A DNA stretch of 62,941 nt, counting the filler, from Octopus bimaculoides (Eukaryota): the NCBI RefSeq assembly GCF_001194135.2. It is 6 parts of 6 records of this genome, joined end to end, with 100 filler letters (N's around TTAATTAATTAA, not from the genome) between each part and the next. Parts side by side here need not be neighbours in the genome. Positions count along the whole stretch, not along the records: positions 1 to 27,865 come from NC_068984.1; 5 more parts are not named here. One strand, 5' to 3'. The position numbers were made by a program, and so were the translations under genes. The notes beneath the pieces were generated by a model that was given only the letters and a program-made list of their open reading frames with translations, did no database searches and was not told the origin of the DNA. Below are positions 1-10,194 of this stretch, one piece after another; position 1 is the first letter of the stretch; every line of letters begins with the position of its first letter.

Positions 1-311
1 GTACCGCCTGACTGGCTCCCGTAGGATTTTCGAGCGAGATCGTTGCCAGTGCCCCTGGACTGGCTTGTGCGGGTGGCACATAAAAGACACCATTTCGAGC
101 GTGGCCGTTTTCGTGCGGGTGACACGTAAAAGCACCCACTACACTCTCTGAGTGGTTGGCGTTAGGAAGGGCATCCAGCTGTAGAAACTCTGCCAAATCA
201 GACTGGAGCCTGGTGTTGCCATCCGGTTTCACCAGTCCTCAGTCAAATCGTCCAACCCATGCTAGCATGGAAAGCGGACGTTAAACGATGATGATGATGA
301 TGATGATGATG
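1..311 (+). mobile_element. RTE-type LINE 3' end / RTE-tailed SINE tail with (GAT)n terminus
   Basis: GGAAGGGCATCCAGC...AACCCATGCTAGCATGGAAAGCGGACGTTAAAC followed by (GAT)n; homologous copies recur at 327-518, 520-700, 3776-3990 and 9770-10060. Confidence 0.75.
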
Positions 312-326
312 AATAATTTCTTTAGA

Positions 327-518
327 TGGTGCCACATAAAAAGCACCCTGTACACTCTGTAGAGTGGTTGATATTAGGAAAGCATCTAGCCATGGAAACC
401 AAGCCAAAACAGACTATGGAACCTGGTGCAGCCCCTGGCCTTGCCAGTTCCTGTCAAACTGTCCAACCCATGCCAACATGGAAAACGAACATTAAATGTT
501 ATTGATGATGATGATGAT
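327..518 (+). mobile_element. Second, more decayed RTE-type 3' end, head-to-tail with the first
   Basis: Same motif order ending in ATTGATGATGATGATGAT. Confidence 0.7.
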
Positions 519-519
519 A

Positions 520-700
520 GTTCAATGACTGTCTTCCATGCTGGCAAGGGTTGGATGATTTGATAGGATCCAATGAGCCAGAGAAATGCGCTAAGCTTGA
601 GTGTCTATTTTGGCAAGGTTTCCATAGTTGAATGCTCTTCCTAATGCCAATCTCTCTACAGTATGTAGAGAGGTTACCATGTAACTTGCAAGACAAAGAA
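520..700 (-). mobile_element. RTE-type 3' end, reverse orientation
   Basis: TTCCATGCTGGCAAGGGTTGGA...GAATGCTCTTCCTAATGCCAA is the reverse complement of the tail above. Confidence 0.6.
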
Positions 701-1361
701 ACATCCTGCTTGACTGAAAGTGAGGTTGTAGCAAACAGGGAAGTGGCTTTAGGCCACTTCCCAGTGTTGAGAGGCTAACGTGTGATAGAGTGACAGGTAT
801 AGGTGTTTTGCAACAGAAGAGATACATGGCTACCTTGCATTATGGTGGGAGTGGCTGGAAGAATAGTTGAAGGTGATAAGGAGGTGTTAGAGTTGGTACG
901 CTCAAGCTACCAAAAAGTGAGTAAAAGAGAGATTAAGGACAGAGGATTGGGAGGTGGGTGGATAGATTCATTGGAGTGTGAGAGGTGAGTGACAATTAGT
1001 TAGAGATGAGTGGAATATTTTGATTTTATTTCTTTGTTACTATGGCTTAGTTAGAGAGCAGCATCCTACCATCTTTCCCCCAAGGTTTCTGAGAGTAGTT
1101 ATTTAGATTGATGATCTAGCTCAAATGTAATCAGAGTGAATTCTGTTAAAAGCATCCAGGGGCTGGCAAAGTTAATATGTATTGGAAAGGATCTACTTAT
1201 TGGTTTGACTATTTTGTTTTGCTATTCTAATGTTCCAGTGCAATAAATTCAGTGTTAGTGTTACATTATTCTGGACCATAACACTCTGAATATGTGAAAG
1301 GGCCAAGGGACTACTGAGATTTCAACTTGGGATGTTTAGATGTTTACCACTTGAATTTTAA

Positions 1362-1579
1362 CTCTTTAGTGTTTAAACTGGCCATATCTGGCCCAAATAT
1401 TCTACATGTTTGACATTCCTGCTAGGCTTATCTAACCTCTTACAACTAACCTACATTGACATTCTAAAACTAAACAATCATATCATCAAAAGTCCAAAGC
1501 TATAACATAATGCATGACTAATTCAAAGCAATGAGTTAATAAGTATTATATTTAACAGAGTAATCTGATTGCTTAAGGG
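1362..1579. mobile_element. piggyBac-type non-autonomous MITE (decayed)
   Basis: TTAA at 1358-1361 and 1580-1583; homologous along its length to 9472-9687. Confidence 0.7.
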
Positions 1580-1739
1580 TTAAAGGCTAGTAGTATCTGT
1601 GTCAGTTTATGATAGAAAACAAGGTAACCTCTAATGGTGGTACCACATAAAAATGCATCCAGAACACCCAGTAAAATAGTTGGAGGTAGAAAGGGCATAT
1701 AACAATAGAAACTATGTGAAAAATTAGACAATGGAGGAA

Positions 1740-2345
1740 GATCTGTTGAACTCTGTCAAACCACTCTATCCAAGCCAGTATGGACAAGTTTTCTCTAGTA
1801 CAGCATTTTGCCCCTTGTCTTCTTCTTTGAGTTTCACCTTCCTAAGATCAGCTTTCACAACTTCTCTAGTTTTTTATCTTTTGCAGGTTTTTTTACACTT
1901 GGATTACTTGCTACACTGCCATCCTCTCTTCACATCACAGTCTTCTCTCTTTCTCAATATATCTGATCATTTTTATACCTTTTCTATTAGCTCATGCATG
2001 GTCCATTATTAATGTACACTAATGAACATCCAATGAAGCATACTCCATTTCTTTCTAACCTTTATATATATCTCACATTCAATGCTCACATTTCACTACT
2101 ATGCAGTAACACATTTCATACATAAGCTTCATACAATCTACCCTTCACTTCGAGTGAGAAGCTTCCTGAACATTTTCACTGACCTGATTACAATACTTTC
2201 AGAACACCTTCCTCCACTGCTAATTAAATCGCCTAAGTAACAAAACTATTAGCTACTTCTAGAGAGACTGAACTTCAGTTCATGGGTGTTCTTACAGCTA
2301 GCTACTTGTGTGCATCTACATAGAAGGGAGATGAGAGGTTGTTGA
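1740..2345 (-). pseudogene. RTE-clade LINE reverse-transcriptase ORF C-terminal remnant
   Basis: Minus-strand translation gives LEVANSFCYLGDLISSGG..., KGRLYEAYV..VLLHSSE..., EVVKADL...AVLEKT, with stops and frameshifts; typical RTE C-terminal motifs. Confidence 0.8.
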
Positions 2346-2439
2346 AGAGACAAAAAAGCTGTAGGGAGAGGAAACAAGGCAGAGGATATTAGAACAATGG
2401 GTGAGTGCATCTGCTACATATACAGTTCTCTTTTGTCAG

Positions 2440-2465
2440 ACTCGATGTGATTTCACTGCATCTCA
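2440..2465 (+). CDS. Candidate internal exon (TRCDFTAS), unrecognised gene
   Basis: Acceptor ttctcttttgtcag|, donor |gtaata; phase 0 to 2 fits the 7080 exon. Confidence 0.25.
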
Positions 2466-2621
2466 GTAATATATAAGGGGAATGGTATGGAGTATATCTG
2501 AAAGTACAACAATCAAAATGGAACACAGAGAACAACAAAACAATACCTTATACCCCACAGCATTAACGTGGATGCAAAACTGCAAAAGGTAACACATTGC
2601 AGAACAATATAACATGAGTAT

Positions 2622-2842
2622 ATAATGATCCTTTCTACTATAGGCACAAGGCCTGTAATTTTGGGGAAGGGGGCAAGTTGATTACATCAACCTCAGTGTA
2701 AAACTAGTATTTATTTCATCAACCATGAAAGGATGAAAGGCAAAGTTGACTTTGGCAGAATTTGAACTCAGAACATGCAGACAAACAAAATGCTGATAAG
2801 CATTTCGCCTGGCATGCTAACAATTCTGCCAGCTCACTGCCT
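2622..2842 (-). mobile_element. tRNA-derived SINE family B (Meta-domain-like centre), CpG-decayed
   Basis: Reverse complement of A box TGGCAGAAT, B box GAGTTCAAATTC and CTTTGCCTTTCATCCTTTC core. Confidence 0.85.
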
Positions 2843-2985
2843 CATAACATACAGCTAAAACCTTACGTATGGCAGTAAAACCATTCAAAAAGCCTTCTAG
2901 ACATTTATTTTATAAGATCTATTTCTATTAACTCTATAGCATTCAGATTACTCTGTCAAACATAATGCTTATTTATTTGCATTGT

Positions 2986-3537
2986 CGGATCTTTTTTAAA
3001 ACGGGGGCCACATTTTTCATTAATGTTTTACGTAGTGTTTTTGGTACCGAAAGACTTTCAAACTTTGTATACTTATCTATTTTGTGTTATAGAACAGAAA
3101 AATATTTTTGTATTCGAATTTATTTCATGTAAAAAATTGTCTTATTTCGATAATTTCAACCAATCACTGACAAGTATTCAGTTGTTTACATTTACTCCTT
3201 GGCTGATTAAGCGATGTAAAGCGTATTTAATCTCCATACCTTCGTTTTATTTGCTTTTTTCATTTTAAATTTGCTTTAACCCTAACCCTAACCCTAGGGT
3301 TAGGGTTAATCGTTTGTTTATGTAGTCGGCACTTAATGTATATCGGCTGAATGGACGTCAGTGATTGGTTAAAATTACAGAAATACGACAACTTTAACAT
3401 GGAATAATTTATGGATTTCTTTTTTTTTAAAGAAGACTAAGAGAAAAAGATGTTTTATATGACACATTCTACCAGTGTTCCAAGTTTCAAAGTGTTTCGT
3501 TAATGAAAAATGTGGCCCCCGTTTTAAAAAAGATCCG
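2986..3537. mobile_element. Palindromic MITE with perfect 38-bp TIRs, 6-bp TSD and central telomeric-repeat palindrome
   Basis: TIR CGGATCTTTTTTAAAACGGGGGCCACATTTTTCATTAA at 2986-3023, its exact reverse complement at 3500-3537; CATTGT at 2980-2985 and 3538-3543; (TAACCC)3-(GGGTTA)2 at 3276-3309. Confidence 0.9.
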
Positions 3538-3584
3538 CATTGTCTTGAATCATGTATTATCTTGTAGCTTTGAGAGTTCAATAA

Positions 3585-3710
3585 TATCTTTGTTGCATTT
3601 TTAGAATGACATTGTTAGGTAGGTGTGAGATCAGATCTGGCTGGTATGAACATAAAACAGATAAAATACTTGGGCCAGAGACGTTCGGTTTAAATGCTAA
3701 AGGCTTAATT
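3585..3710 (-). mobile_element. Partial copy of the piggyBac-type MITE
   Basis: Ends in TTTAAATGCTAAAGGCTTAA; reverse-homologous to 9472-9600. Confidence 0.65.
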
Positions 3711-3775
3711 CAGATTTTTTCTCTTCTACTTATTCTAACATAATATTTTTTTTAAGGGTAAACTAAAACACTATC

Positions 3776-3990
3776 ATCATCTTCATCATTTAATATGTTT
3801 TCTGTGCTGGCATTAGTTGACATTTTGACAGGATTCAACAAGTTGAAAGACTGCGCCATACTATAATGTCTGTTTTGACATGATTTTTATGGCTCAATGC
3901 TCTTCTTAATGCTGGTTACTTAATAGGATGTACAAGGTACTGTTTTTGTGGCACAAGCACTAGTGAGGTTGCCAAGCAACTTGCAAGACC
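3776..3990 (-). mobile_element. RTE-type 3' end, reverse, decayed
   Basis: CATCATCTTCATCATTTAA... and ATGCTCTTCTTAATGC motifs. Confidence 0.55.
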
Positions 3991-3999
3991 AAGGACCTA

Positions 4000-4570
4000 A
4001 AGTGGCCCCTATAACTACAAAAAACAAAAGAGAGAGAATGTGATAATATGATGATGGTAGGTGGGTGATGAGAGAGTAAAGTAAGATGAGAGGAAAAGAT
4101 TTTATAGTTGTAAGGGGGTGGTAGTAGAGAGAGTAATAGAATAGTTGGGGGGAGTATGGAAAGGACAGGGAAAAGAGAAGGAAAGGATTAGTGTCAGGGG
4201 TTAATGAAAAAGAGAGGGATAGAGTGAAGAAGTTACAAAGTAGGGTATTTAGGCAGGGTCCAGGGCTATCCTACATTATAAGGATAAGTATGGACAGAAG
4301 GTGAGGGAAAAAGAGAATATGAAAAAGAGAAACAAAGGTGGGTTGCGAGGATCTGGGGTGAGGCATTGAAGGAGAGGTGGAGTGGTAGGCCAGAAAGGGA
4401 GAGACAAGGTGTTGGGGGAGAGAGAAGCTGTGGGGAGAGGACAGTGAGAAAAAAAAAAAACAAGATAGAAGGTAGGGAAGTAATAGGTGAGTGCAGTTAG
4501 AGCATTGAGGGCAAGACAGGGTGGAGGATTCTAGAGAAGTAGGGAAGAGGAAGAACAAAGAAATGAAACC
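4000..4570. repeat. Purine-rich (GA/GGA) low-complexity tract
   Basis: Strong A/G bias on the + strand, no periodic unit. Confidence 0.7.
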
Positions 4571-4863
4571 TACAATACACAGATAAATTGTTATTTCATA
4601 CATAAATGTATTTTGTTGACAGGTTAAGTACAGGAAATACATTTACTGTTGTTTCTACTGAGATTAAAACCCCAGTTATATTGGTTTCAAATTTTGGTAC
4701 AAGGCCAGCAAGTTTAGGGGAGGGAGTAAGTTAATTACATTGACCCCAGTATTCAACTGGTATGAGGGGTGTTCATTAAAGATTTCCCCTGACCCATTTC
4801 TGGTTATTACAGGAAACGGAACTTATACAGGTATAATCAAATGTCTCTACAGGTCTCATTGTA

Positions 4864-6119
4864 TTGGGTCATCCCATAAGTAATGCAGTTTTCTCAATTG
4901 CTTGAACTAAAAGTTGGAGGGGGACAGGATAAACTATCTGCATCAACTTGCTACAAAAGCAGGTAGTAATTTTTCCTTGTCCTTATTCTTAGTGCAATTT
5001 TTGAAGAGTTCAGTTCGATTTTAACAGTTACTTTTTTAAAGCTATAATGGCAGTGACAAAGGAGCACATTCGGAATATTTTGCTTTATGAGTTCAATAAA
5101 GGCAACAACACAAAGAAAAGTGTGAGGAATATTAATGGAGTATATGGGGATCAGACAATAAGTGTAAGCCAGTGTCAACAGTGGTTCCAGAAATTCTAAA
5201 CCAGAAACTATAGCCAAGAAAACGAGCCTGGTCCTGGAAGATCTGTAGAGCTCAACGAGGATGTCCTGCAAACCCTGGAACAAAATGCCATCATAACTGT
5301 TGAAGAACTAGCAGAGAAGCTTGGATTTGGTCATTCAACCATTCATCAACACCTGTGTGCCATTGGAAAAGTCAGCAGATTGGATTAATGGATTCCTCAC
5401 AAACCTTCTGAGTCTAATCACGTGCAGAAAGTGAACGTGTGCTCTTCTTTGCTAGCATGTCTCACAAATGAGCCTTTTTTTGACCAAATAGTGACTGGTG
5501 ACGAGAAATGTGTTCTCTATAAAAATGTCAAGCGCTGAAGACAGTGGGTAGAGAAAGAAGAAACATCAGCACCCTAGGCTAAAGAAGGTCTTCACCCACA
5601 TAAGGTGTTGCTATCTGTTTGGTGGGATATGAAAGGTTTAGTCCACTTTGAACTTTTAAACCCAAACCAAATTATAGTTGGAGCAGCTTAAGTTAGTACT
5701 AGAAAAAAAATGGCCACCTTTGGTTTCAAGATGAAAGGAGTTCGTCCTAAGGCTCAGCCACGCACAACAAGAATGACATTCCAAAGGCTGGAACAGTTTG
5801 AATGGGAAACAATGCCCCACTCACCATATTTGCCGGATATTGCCCCATCTAATTATCATTTATTCCACAGTTTTCAAAATCATTTGGACGGAAAAAATAT
5901 GAATTCTGTAGACGAGGTCAGAACAGTACTGTAGGAGTCTTTTTCATCACGGATAAGTGAATTTTGGAAGAGGGACCTTGAAAGTCTACCAGATAGATGG
6001 AAGAGCATTGTAGCTGTTGAAGGAGAGTATATTTTAGATTAAAAAAGAACTTTGTTTATCTTAATTTTGAAAAGTAAAAGAAGTATAAAAAAAAATGCAT
6101 TATTTATAGGATGACCCAA
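4864..6119 (+). mobile_element. Near full-length mariner (inner element, 1256 bp)
   Basis: TIRs TTGGGTCATCCCATAAGTAATGC / GCATTATTTATAGGATGACCCAA; TA TSD at 4862-4863 and 6120-6121. Confidence 0.9.
5047..6042 (+). pseudogene. Mariner D,D34D transposase pseudogene
   Basis: MAVTKEHIRNILLYEFNKG..., WIPHK, IVTGDEK, VWWDMKG, HSPYLPDIAPSNYHLF, EGEYILD*; several stops and a deletion around the second Asp. Confidence 0.9.
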
Positions 6120-6182
6120 TAAATTGCAGCTTTCCACTGGAATTCGTTTGTCTTTCATGGCTGCTGAAGGGACTATGGTGTT

Positions 6183-6740
6183 ATGATGGAGGTAGTTGAA
6201 TGCATATCAGCGATCAGGTTCTTATACTTGAAAGTTCGAACACTAAAAGAGACTTTTGATGAGATGAAAGAAGTTTATGGTGACGATGCACCATCATACA
6301 ACATAGTCAAGCACTGGCATCACCAGTTCAAATGTGGTCGGACATCAGTGGAAACTGCTCCTATTTCTGGACGACCACATCCCATCATTGACGATGACAC
6401 CATTCATAAAGTGGAAGCCGTCATTTTGGAGGACTGCTGCATAACTGTTCAGCAACTAGCCCAAGAAATGAAGAAGAGTGTAGAGTCCATGGACTCTTGT
6501 GGCTATAAAATCCTTCCTCATCCCCTTTACTCTCCTAACCTCACACCATATAACTTCCACCTCTTTCCAACAATGAAGTCTTCTTTGAAGGGGAAGCTCT
6601 TTTCAGATGATCTTATTTCTGAGGTAAAGTCTTGGCTCCAGACACAACCTACTGACTTCTACAGATGAGGTCTTCATAGCTGCATAAAGCAATGGGAGAA
6701 GTGTGTCACCATTAGTGGTGGCTATGTAGAGAAAGACTAA
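6183..6740 (+). pseudogene. Mariner transposase with in-frame internal deletion (HTH N-terminus fused to C-terminal tail)
   Basis: 161-aa ORF: IRFLYLK..ETFDEMKEVYGDDAPSY..GRP (HTH) joined directly to GYKILPHPLYSPNLTPYNFHLFP; TGA at 6666-6668, frame continues to GYVEKD* at 6740. Confidence 0.85.
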
Positions 6741-7079
6741 TAATTAAGTCAAGTTTTGTTTATCCCAACCCTTGGGAAGTGAGTTGGGGAAAATCTTTAA
6801 TGAACACCCCTCATATTTATTTTATTGAAAGGATGAAAGGCAAAACTAACCTCAATAGGATTTGAACTCATAATATAAAGACAAATAAAATGCTCCTAAG
6901 CATATTGCCTGACACTAATAATTCTGCTAGCTTGCCACCTTAGAAAATCCAGTTATATTAAGAAATGCTTAGGAGTCACTTTGGCATAAGATGTCCACAT
7001 GATTGTAAAATTCCTGCATGATTTTTCTATAAAACATGTTTACTTCTGTATATATTATCATTATTATTATTTCTGACAG

Positions 7080-7119
7080 GAATCTTATGAAACAGTACAC
7101 TGATAGTGGATTTCCTAAG
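7080..7119 (+). CDS. Candidate internal exon (NLMKQYTDSGFPK)
   Basis: Acceptor attatttctgacag|, donor AAG|gtagac; open only in phase 2 to 0. Confidence 0.4.
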
Positions 7120-7690
7120 GTAGACATATTGTATAGAATAACAAATCCCTTACATTCAGTGATTTTTTCATTAGCCCCTTACTAGATATCCTGAGAAACA
7201 ATTTAAGTATAAATAATTCAAGAACACACCCAATAAAAAATACTATGAAATAGCAAAAATATTAAAATTAACTTTTTTTCATTAGCAATTAGGTGAAGGA
7301 GGAGAAGTAGTACTTTTGACCTTTGTGAACATCCCCACCTCTGCTCTTGATGAGATTGATTAGTGAATGTTCTGTCTGAACTTCAGTAACTCAATGCCTA
7401 ATAGAGAGAACATAAGGGAATTCCAGAGGGATGCAAATTTAGACAGAAAGAATTGAGAAACAAGTGTTGGTAGAGGGTTGAGTTAGTTAAACACATTAAT
7501 GATAACAAGAAGAGGAAGATGATGTGTTGTTTGATGAGCAAGGGTGGAGGTGGTCAGGATCAGGAAGTTGTTACAGTAGTAGTAGTAGCAATAGCAGTGG
7601 TAGTAGTAGAGGAGGGTACAGCTAATGAGCTAATGGTAGTAACATGCTGGTGAATGAATGTCAGTCAGTCAAATGGATTTATTTCTTTAG

Positions 7691-7734
7691 GATGTAGTTT
7701 TGAATGTCTGTGTAGAAGTCTGTACCATTTCAAA
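7691..7734 (+). CDS. Candidate internal exon (DVVLNVCVEVCTIS)
   Basis: Acceptor tttatttctttag|, donor AAA|gtatgt; phase 0 to 2 matches the neighbouring candidates. Confidence 0.45.
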
Positions 7735-7908
7735 GTATGTGGGATTTTTAATTATTAATTAAAACTTAATATTTCTGAGTCTTGAAGAAGAAACCTAGTT
7801 TTTGAGGTGCAGTTCTAGGACTGTAAAGCCTAATTTTTTCAATGACTGAGTATTTTGGTTGTAAATTCATAGTCAGAGTGCTTTTCTTTTTAATAATTAT
7901 AGCAATTA

Positions 7909-8097
7909 AGGTGGCAAGCTGGCAGAATCATTAACAAGCTGGGCAAAATACTTAGCACATTTCATCTGTTTTTATGCTCCGAGTTCAAATTCTGCTGAGG
8001 TTCACTTTACTTTTAATCGTTTTGGAGTTGATAAAATCAATTGAGTGCTGGGGTTGGTGTATTCGACTTAATCCCTCCCCAAAATTTGAAACCAATA
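7909..8097 (+). mobile_element. SINE family B, CpG-decayed
   Basis: AGGTGGCAAGCTGGCAGAATC...GAGTTCAAATTC...AAATTTGAAACCAAT. Confidence 0.8.
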
Positions 8098-8306
8098 ATT
8101 ACAGCAATTGTTTTGGTGTTGTCTAAAATTGTACTCTGAAGTTGGAAACTGTCTTCAGAGTTTTAGATAATAAATATGGAATTATACTTGCAACAAACAA
8201 ACAAAAGAAAAAAAAAATCACTTTAATACTAAGCCAAATTCCTGATAACCAAAATCTCACTTGCTACTAAAATTAACACAAGACTATTATTCTTTTCATG
8301 TTACAG

Positions 8307-8322
8307 TAACTTTCTTGGTTGA
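8307..8322 (+). CDS. Candidate terminal coding exon (NFLG*)
   Basis: Acceptor ttcttttcatgttacag|; phase 2 start gives TGA at 8320-8322. Confidence 0.25.
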
Positions 8323-8457
8323 AGACTCATAATTACTATACTAACATATTGTGTCCATATATTATCTAGATTTCACTTTCTAGAGCCAGTCATATATTTC
8401 TTAATGAGAATCAAATGCTAATGTAGGGGACACCTGTAAATAGTGACACTACTGTAT

Positions 8458-8575
8458 ATCATCATTATTTTAACATCCACCTTTCCCCATGCTTGTAGGG
8501 ATTAGACGGAGTTTATTGAGTCAGAATTTCTATGGTTGGATGCCCTTCCTGTTGCCAACCCTTACCTGCTTCTAA
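8458..8575 (-). mobile_element. RTE-like tail variant (as carried by SINE A at 10520-10760)
   Basis: ATCATCATT..TTAACATCCAC...TGGTTGGATGCCCTTCCTGTTGCCAACCCTTACCTG. Confidence 0.6.
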
Positions 8576-8599
8576 GCCAAACATGTTTGCACAAAATAT

Positions 8600-8820
8600 C
8601 GACTTCAAGTTTTGGCACAAGGCCAGCAACATCAGGCAAGTGGGTAAGTTGATTACATCAACCCCCCCCCCCAGTACTCAGCCTGTACTTATTTTACTGA
8701 CCTTGAAAGGATGAAAGGCAAGTCGACCCTGGTGGTATTTGAACTCACAACATAAAGACAGACGAAATGCCACTAAACATTTTGGCCAGTGTGGTAACAA
8801 TTCTGCCAGTTTACCACCAT
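8600..8820 (-). mobile_element. SINE family B
   Basis: GGCACAAGGCCAGC...GAAAGGATGAAAGGCAAGTCGAC...AATTCTGCCAGTTTACCACC. Confidence 0.8.
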
Positions 8821-8824
8821 GTTT

Positions 8825-9082
8825 TCACAGAATAGTGACAATTAATGACATTCATATCCAACATTATGTGATATCAAGACAAGGAGATACAAACTTGTAT
8901 ATACATATATATATACATGACGGGCTTCTTTTAGTTTCTGTCTACCAAATACATTCACAAGGCTTTGGTTAGTTCAGGGTTACAGTGGAAGATACTTGTC
9001 CAAGGTGCTGTGCAGTGGAACTGAACCTGAAATTATGAGGTTGGGAAGCAAACTTCTTAACAACACAACCATGTCTGCACCA
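8825..9082 (-). mobile_element. tRNA-derived SINE family A (Deu/Nin-domain-like centre)
   Basis: GACGGGCTTCTTTTAGTTTCTGTCTACCAAAT..CACAAGGCTTTGG...CAAGGTGC..GCAGTGGAACTGAACC. Confidence 0.8.
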
Positions 9083-9471
9083 GTATAATTGACAGATATC
9101 TCATTACTTCATAGTTCTCCTTTGGGCCTAGAATGGGCAACAGAGAAACACTAACATTACACCCAGAGACACACTCTGCATTCAAGCCAAATAATAAAGT
9201 TGGTGTTAACATACTGTAGTGGTATTTTATATTTTGTCTCGCCACATTCTAATTTCAATTGATTTTCATAAATTCAAATTTTGGGGTTATTCCTATGCTT
9301 TTTTAATCCACAATTCATCTGTAAACTTAAGATCATTTCTCTTCATCACCAGAATTGTAATAATTAAGTTTCTTATATCATTATATTCAGTATGTTAATA
9401 CTAACCCTACCATTTAGTTTTCTTACAGAGAGTGCCCCTGGGTATTCCCACCCACTCAATTTTTCTTTTAA

Positions 9472-9687
9472 CCCTTTAGCATTTAAACTGGCCTCAGCAG
9501 GCCCAAACATTCTGCCTGTTTTATGTTCAAACTAACCAGATCCAGCCTTTCACACCTACCCTACGATGTCATTCGAAAGAATAAACAATGCATCTTTGAA
9601 ATCTCGAACATGACAATACATGATTAATTCAAAACAATGTGAATAAATAAGCATTACATTTGGTAGAGAAATTTTAATGCTAAAGGG
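9472..9687. mobile_element. piggyBac-type MITE, best-preserved copy (216 bp)
   Basis: TTAA TSD at 9468-9471 and 9688-9691; perfect 12-bp TIR CCCTTTAGCATT / AATGCTAAAGGG. Confidence 0.88.
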
Positions 9688-9769
9688 TTAAGCTATCTTA
9701 TCTCAAAGCGTTTATTAGCAACATAAGAAGACCCATCCTCTACAGAGGAAGTGTTAAGGTGGCATCCCC

Positions 9770-10060
9770 TGGTGAAGAGGATTGACTTGCAAGAGTCCTG
9801 TGCTGGTGCCATGTAAAAGATGCTTGTGTCAGTGCCACATAAAAGGCACTTGTGTCAGTACCATGTAAAAGCACTTGTGTCAATGGTATGTTAAAAGCAC
9901 CCAGCACACACTATAAAGTGTTTAGCATTCGGAAGGGCATCCAGCTGTAGAAACCAAGCCAAATCAGACCGGAACCTGGTGTAGCTTCCCAGTTCTAGGC
10001 AAACCATCCAACCCATGCCAGCATAGAAAACAGATGTTAAAAGATGATGGTGACGATGGT
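9770..10060 (+). mobile_element. RTE-type 3' end with about four internal ~26-bp tandem units
   Basis: GTGTCAGTGCCACATAAAAGGCACTT-like units at about 9800-9900, then GGAAGGGCATCCAGC...GATGATGG. Confidence 0.7.
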
Positions 10061-10069
10061 GTGTGTGTA

Positions 10070-10158
<89 letters not shown>
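10060..10158. repeat. (GT)n(AT)n compound microsatellite
   Basis: Direct reading. Confidence 0.95.
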
Positions 10159-10160
<2 letters not shown>

Positions 10161-10194
10161 CCACACAGCCATATATATATGTTTGTGTGTGTGA

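Larger units (their letters stand above)
4763..6813 (+). mobile_element. Internally deleted mariner (outer element), about 790 bp excluding the nested insert
   Basis: TIR TGAGGGGTGTTCATTAAAGATTT(T)CCCC at both ends; TA TSD at 4761-4762 and 6814-6815. Confidence 0.9.
4680..6940 (-). mobile_element. SINE family B split by a mariner insertion (halves 4680-4762 and 6814-6940)
   Basis: ...CAACTGG-TA / TA-TTTATTTTATTGAAAGGATGAAAGG rejoins to the family consensus. Confidence 0.85.

Noticed and set aside
3276-3309. Ancient telomere-fusion site or true chromosome end
   Set aside because: Only five units, polarity opposite to a fusion, and located inside a TSD-flanked MITE.
4951-5283. 110-aa hydrophobic - strand ORF as a membrane protein
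   Set aside because: Antisense shadow of the mariner transposase; likewise 21489-22028 is antisense to the gag-like ORF and 23974-24417 to a mariner.
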